Assembly: GCA_032161105.1 (NCBI GenBank)
Contig: JAVHTD010000009.1
Direction: 5' to 3' (one strand)
From: Candidatus Thermosaccharophagus tengchongensis
GTDB taxonomy: Bacteria; Armatimonadota; Fervidibacteria; Fervidibacterales; Thermosaccharophagaceae
Length of the DNA stretch: 64,000 bases
The notes under the pieces were generated by a model, which was given only the letters and a program-made list of their open reading frames with translations, had not been told where the DNA came from and made no database searches. Position numbers and translations under genes: made by a program. Positions 60,969-64,000 of this stretch are shown here, one piece after another (position 1 is the stretch's first letter; the number at the start of each line of letters is the position of its first letter).

Positions 60969-61712
60969 GTGCACATTTCAATTGCTGGGAAGGGTGGCAC
61001 AGGAAAGACAACATTTGCCGCTCTGCTCATAAAGTGGCTTGCCGAAAATGGCAAAGGACCGATATTGGCGATTGATGCTGACCCAAACTCAAACTTAAAT
61101 GAAGCCCTCGGCATGGAAGTCAACGCATACATTGCCGACATACTCTCGCGGGTGCGCACGGCGGCTCCATCGCCCAACATGCCGAAGTTGCGCATGATTG
61201 AGTATCAACTGCACGAAGTCATCACCGAAGGTGACAAAGTTGACCTGCTTGCAATGGGTGGACCTGAAGGTCCGGGATGCTATTGCGCTGCCAATCAAAT
61301 GCTGCGCGATTTCATTGAGCGGCTGCGCCCAAGCTATGCCTATCTCGTGATGGATAACGAAGCCGGGATGGAGCATTTGAGCAGGCGCGTTGCGCAGGAT
61401 GTTGACATCCTGTTCATAATGAGCGACCCGACAGTGAAGGGCATACGCTCCTCTGGAAGGATTGCCGCTTTGGCTAAGTCACTTGAACTCAGCGTGCGAA
61501 GGGTATATCTCGTGCTTAACAGGGCAGGGGAAGATGCGGTTGAAGCGCTCTCCGATGAGATTGAGAAGACGAGATTGGAACTCGCCGGAGTCATACCTGA
61601 GGATGAACTCATCATCAAGTATGACATTGAGGGACGACCGCTGGTGGAGCTCCCGCACGATAGCCTCGCATACAAAGCTGTGCGTGAGATAGCGCAGAGG
61701 GTAATCGGATGA
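60969..61712 (+). CDS. cooC: CooC/AcsF nickel-insertion ATPase
   Basis: GKGGTGKTT, IDADP, GPGCYC, DNEAGMEHLSR. Confidence 0.93.
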   Translation: MHISIAGKGGTGKTTFAALLIKWLAENGKGPILAIDADPNSNLNEALGMEVNAYIADILSRVRTAAPSPNMPKLRMIEYQLHEVITEGDKVDLLAMGGPEGPGCYCAANQMLRDFIERLRPSYAYLVMDNEAGMEHLSRRVAQDVDILFIMSDPTVKGIRSSGRIAALAKSLELSVRRVYLVLNRAGEDAVEALSDEIEKTRLELAGVIPEDELIIKYDIEGRPLVELPHDSLAYKAVREIAQRVIG

Positions 61713-61990
61713 CCGATGTGTTAAATTGTTCACGATGGCTGTCCCGCTTTGAACTGTCATTTGAGATGCTCAAATGTTAGCCGCAAGCAATTCGCAACGA
61801 GTCGGAACACATCAAGATGCGTCAGGAACGAGGGAGCTTCCATTTGCCATTCACTTATATGGTTGGCAACGGCTGAAGAGCGAGCAAGCGAGGGTGTATG
61901 TTCAATTGCAAGTCCTCACTCCTCATGAGCAGATGCGCTTACATGCCGTTACCTACGAGGCAGCGATGAAATTCGGGAGGGTGAGCATCG

Positions 61991-63940
61991 GTGCCGCTCA
62001 GGAGGATACGGTTTCTTCCAGAGGGCGTCTCAATCTTCGTTGAAGAGAGCACACCGGTCCTTCTGGCTGCGAGGGATGCCGGCATTGAAATAGCGAGCGT
62101 TTGCGGCGGTCAGGGCACCTGTGGGAAATGCCTTGTGAGGTTGCTCTCGGGCAAGGCGCGCATGACGGAAAGGGTGTCAATGATTAGTGAAGAGTTGCGT
62201 TCAGAGGGATACACGCTCGCATGCCAAACATTCCCAGTTGAGGACTTGGTTGTTGAAGTCCCAGTTGAATCGCGCTTGGCGTTTTCCGAGGAGGCGATCA
62301 AGCACATTGAGCTTGAAGTTCCAGAACACGAAGCCGGGTTAAATGTTTACCCACCGAGCCCGATGGCGATCAAAGTGCATATCAAAATGCACCCGCCATC
62401 GCTCACCGACAACATCAGCGATTTGACAAGGTTGCTTAATGCCGTGAAGCGAACGCTAAGCGAGAAGCAAGGGCTCACGGGGGCGCAATTTGACATTGGG
62501 CGTCCAATGAGGGCGAGCATCAATGCCCTCCGACAACTGCCATTTGCTGCAAGGGCTGGTGGCTGGGAAGTGACGGTCACTTTGGTGAACTGCCTTGACT
62601 ATTGGGAGGTTGTAAGGATAACCCCCGGCGTTGACGAGAGGCATGTTTATGGCGCCGCAATTGATGTGGGAACAACGACAGTCACAGTTCACATCGTTGA
62701 CTTGAAAACCTTTGAGACAGTTCAGCGGCTGGCAAAGTATAACGAACAGTTTGTCTTTGGTGAGGATGTGATAAGCCGAATAGCGTATGCCTCTCGCAAC
62801 GCGAATGGCTTGAATGAGCTGCGTGAGGCTGCCTTGAAGACCATCAATTCGCTTCTGAAGCACGCTGTAAGTTCACTTGGCATATCGCACGATGACATAG
62901 CATGTGCAACTGTTGCGGGCAATACCATCATGACGCATCTTTTGCTCGGCATTGACCCAGCGAACATACGCATAGAACCATACATCCCAGCCGCCACTGT
63001 ATTCCCACCGCTGAAGGCAAGCGATGCCGGGATCGCCATCCATCAGGATGGATGTGTCCTCATATTTCCATGTGTTGCCAGCTATGTTGGCGGCGATATT
63101 GTGGCTGGCACTCTCATCTCCGGGATGTCACTGCGAGATGAAATCTGCCTTCTGATTGACATGGGGACGAATGGTGAGATGGTTCTCGGGAACAGGGACT
63201 TCATGGTGGCGTGCGCATGCTCCATAGGTCCGGCATTTGAGGGCAGCGGAATAACTTGCGGTATGCGCTCCGTTAGGGGCGCAATATCCAGTGTCAGGAT
63301 TGATCCAAAAAACCTTGATGTGAGCGTTAAAACCATAGGAGATGCAAAGCCGATTGGGATATGCGGCTCTGGGCTTGTTGACCTGCTCGCCGAAATGAGG
63401 CATGCCAACATCATTGACATGGCTGGCAACTTCGCTGAGCGTAATGGCAGCGGGAGGCTGAGGCAGACTGCCGACGGCGATTTGGAGTTTGTGCTTATGC
63501 GCTCAAAAGATGCCGGCATAGCCCGTGACATCACGATAACACAATCGGACATAAAGAACTTGATTCGCTCAAAGGCAGCCGTGTATGCCGCGCTCAGGTC
63601 CATGCTGAATTCAATCGGGATGGAAGTTAACCAGATAAAGCGCATCTTCGTTGCGGGTGCATTCGGAAGCCATTTGAATGTTCGTGGGGCGATTGAAATA
63701 GGCTTGCTTCCGGACATCGCTGAGGATAGGTTCATCGTGCTCGGCAACAGCTCGGTCAAAGGTGCACGGCTGGCTCTGCTGTCACGGGCAGCATTTGACG
63801 AGGCGCATAGGATCGCATCAAAAATGACATACATTGAGCTAAGCGTTGACCCGGGTTATATGAGCGAGTTCATTTCGGCAAACTTCATACCGCACACGGA
63901 CTTGCGCCAATTCCCATCGGTCAAATTGGATGCGAGGTGA
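61991..63940 (+). CDS. acsV: Reductive activator of corrinoid proteins (RACo/AcsV; 2Fe-2S plus ASKHA ATPase)
   Basis: CGGQGTCGKC...LAC, IDVGTTT, GEDVISR, YVGGD, DMGTNGE, GPAFEG, GICGSG, AGAFG. Confidence 0.92.
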   Translation: MPLRRIRFLPEGVSIFVEESTPVLLAARDAGIEIASVCGGQGTCGKCLVRLLSGKARMTERVSMISEELRSEGYTLACQTFPVEDLVVEVPVESRLAFSEEAIKHIELEVPEHEAGLNVYPPSPMAIKVHIKMHPPSLTDNISDLTRLLNAVKRTLSEKQGLTGAQFDIGRPMRASINALRQLPFAARAGGWEVTVTLVNCLDYWEVVRITPGVDERHVYGAAIDVGTTTVTVHIVDLKTFETVQRLAKYNEQFVFGEDVISRIAYASRNANGLNELREAALKTINSLLKHAVSSLGISHDDIACATVAGNTIMTHLLLGIDPANIRIEPYIPAATVFPPLKASDAGIAIHQDGCVLIFPCVASYVGGDIVAGTLISGMSLRDEICLLIDMGTNGEMVLGNRDFMVACACSIGPAFEGSGITCGMRSVRGAISSVRIDPKNLDVSVKTIGDAKPIGICGSGLVDLLAEMRHANIIDMAGNFAERNGSGRLRQTADGDLEFVLMRSKDAGIARDITITQSDIKNLIRSKAAVYAALRSMLNSIGMEVNQIKRIFVAGAFGSHLNVRGAIEIGLLPDIAEDRFIVLGNSSVKGARLALLSRAAFDEAHRIASKMTYIELSVDPGYMSEFISANFIPHTDLRQFPSVKLDAR

Positions 63941-64000
63941 CCGAGTTGAAGTTTGCAATATCAGGGAAGGGCGGCGTTGGCAAAACGACGATAGCAGCAG
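63937..64000 (+). CDS. Second CooC-type ATPase, 5' fragment cut by window edge
   Basis: GTG overlaps the acsV TGA; reads (M)TELKFAISGKGGVGKTTIAA. Confidence 0.75.
   Translation, partial: MTELKFAISGKGGVGKTTIAA

Noticed and set aside
61713..61990. Possible cooT or other small gene between cooC and acsV
   Set aside because: ATG-TGT is followed at once by TAA; the 89-aa ORF at 61774 has no RBS or recognisable motif
1..64000. Numerous antisense and alternate-frame ORFs; tRNA, rRNA, transposase, integrase, cas or phage genes
   Set aside because: The overlapping ORFs are shadows of well-supported genes; no motifs for structural RNAs, mobile elements or Cas proteins were recognised by eye

Overview
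Gene-dense bacterial window, most likely from a thermophilic member of Armatimonadota. This is an inference from the [32 protein letters not shown] pilin-like protein and the ttuA/ttuB pair; no rRNA or tRNA is present to confirm it. Positions 1-47 kb are mostly housekeeping and envelope genes (rpmB, ispA, xseAB, nusB, dsbD, argS, rdgB, pyrF, CIRCE-groEL, ttuAB, uvrA, tsaEB, parB), plus carbohydrate-active enzymes and an orphan CRISPR mini-array. Positions 47-64 kb form a corrinoid/Wood-Ljungdahl block. A cobalamin riboswitch heads an operon whose first gene is a DUF1559/H-X9-DG prepilin-like protein, followed by btuF-cobU-cobT-cobS. A complete CODH/ACS cluster follows directly: small ORF, acsD, cooS, acsB, acsC, acsE, DUF3786, cooC, acsV and a second cooC cut by the window edge. 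The best candidate for an undescribed system is B12-regulated, pilin-based corrinoid capture feeding the Wood-Ljungdahl pathway. Other oddities: a small membrane ORF with an in-frame TGA followed by a SECIS-like hairpin, twin secreted Q/P-rich proteins sharing an identical 104-bp module, a catalytically eroded transaldolase-fold protein, and a LeuT homologue with an inserted soluble domain. All calls come from reading motifs by eye; no searches were run, and several start codons were adjusted from the ORF track using RBS or overlap evidence.
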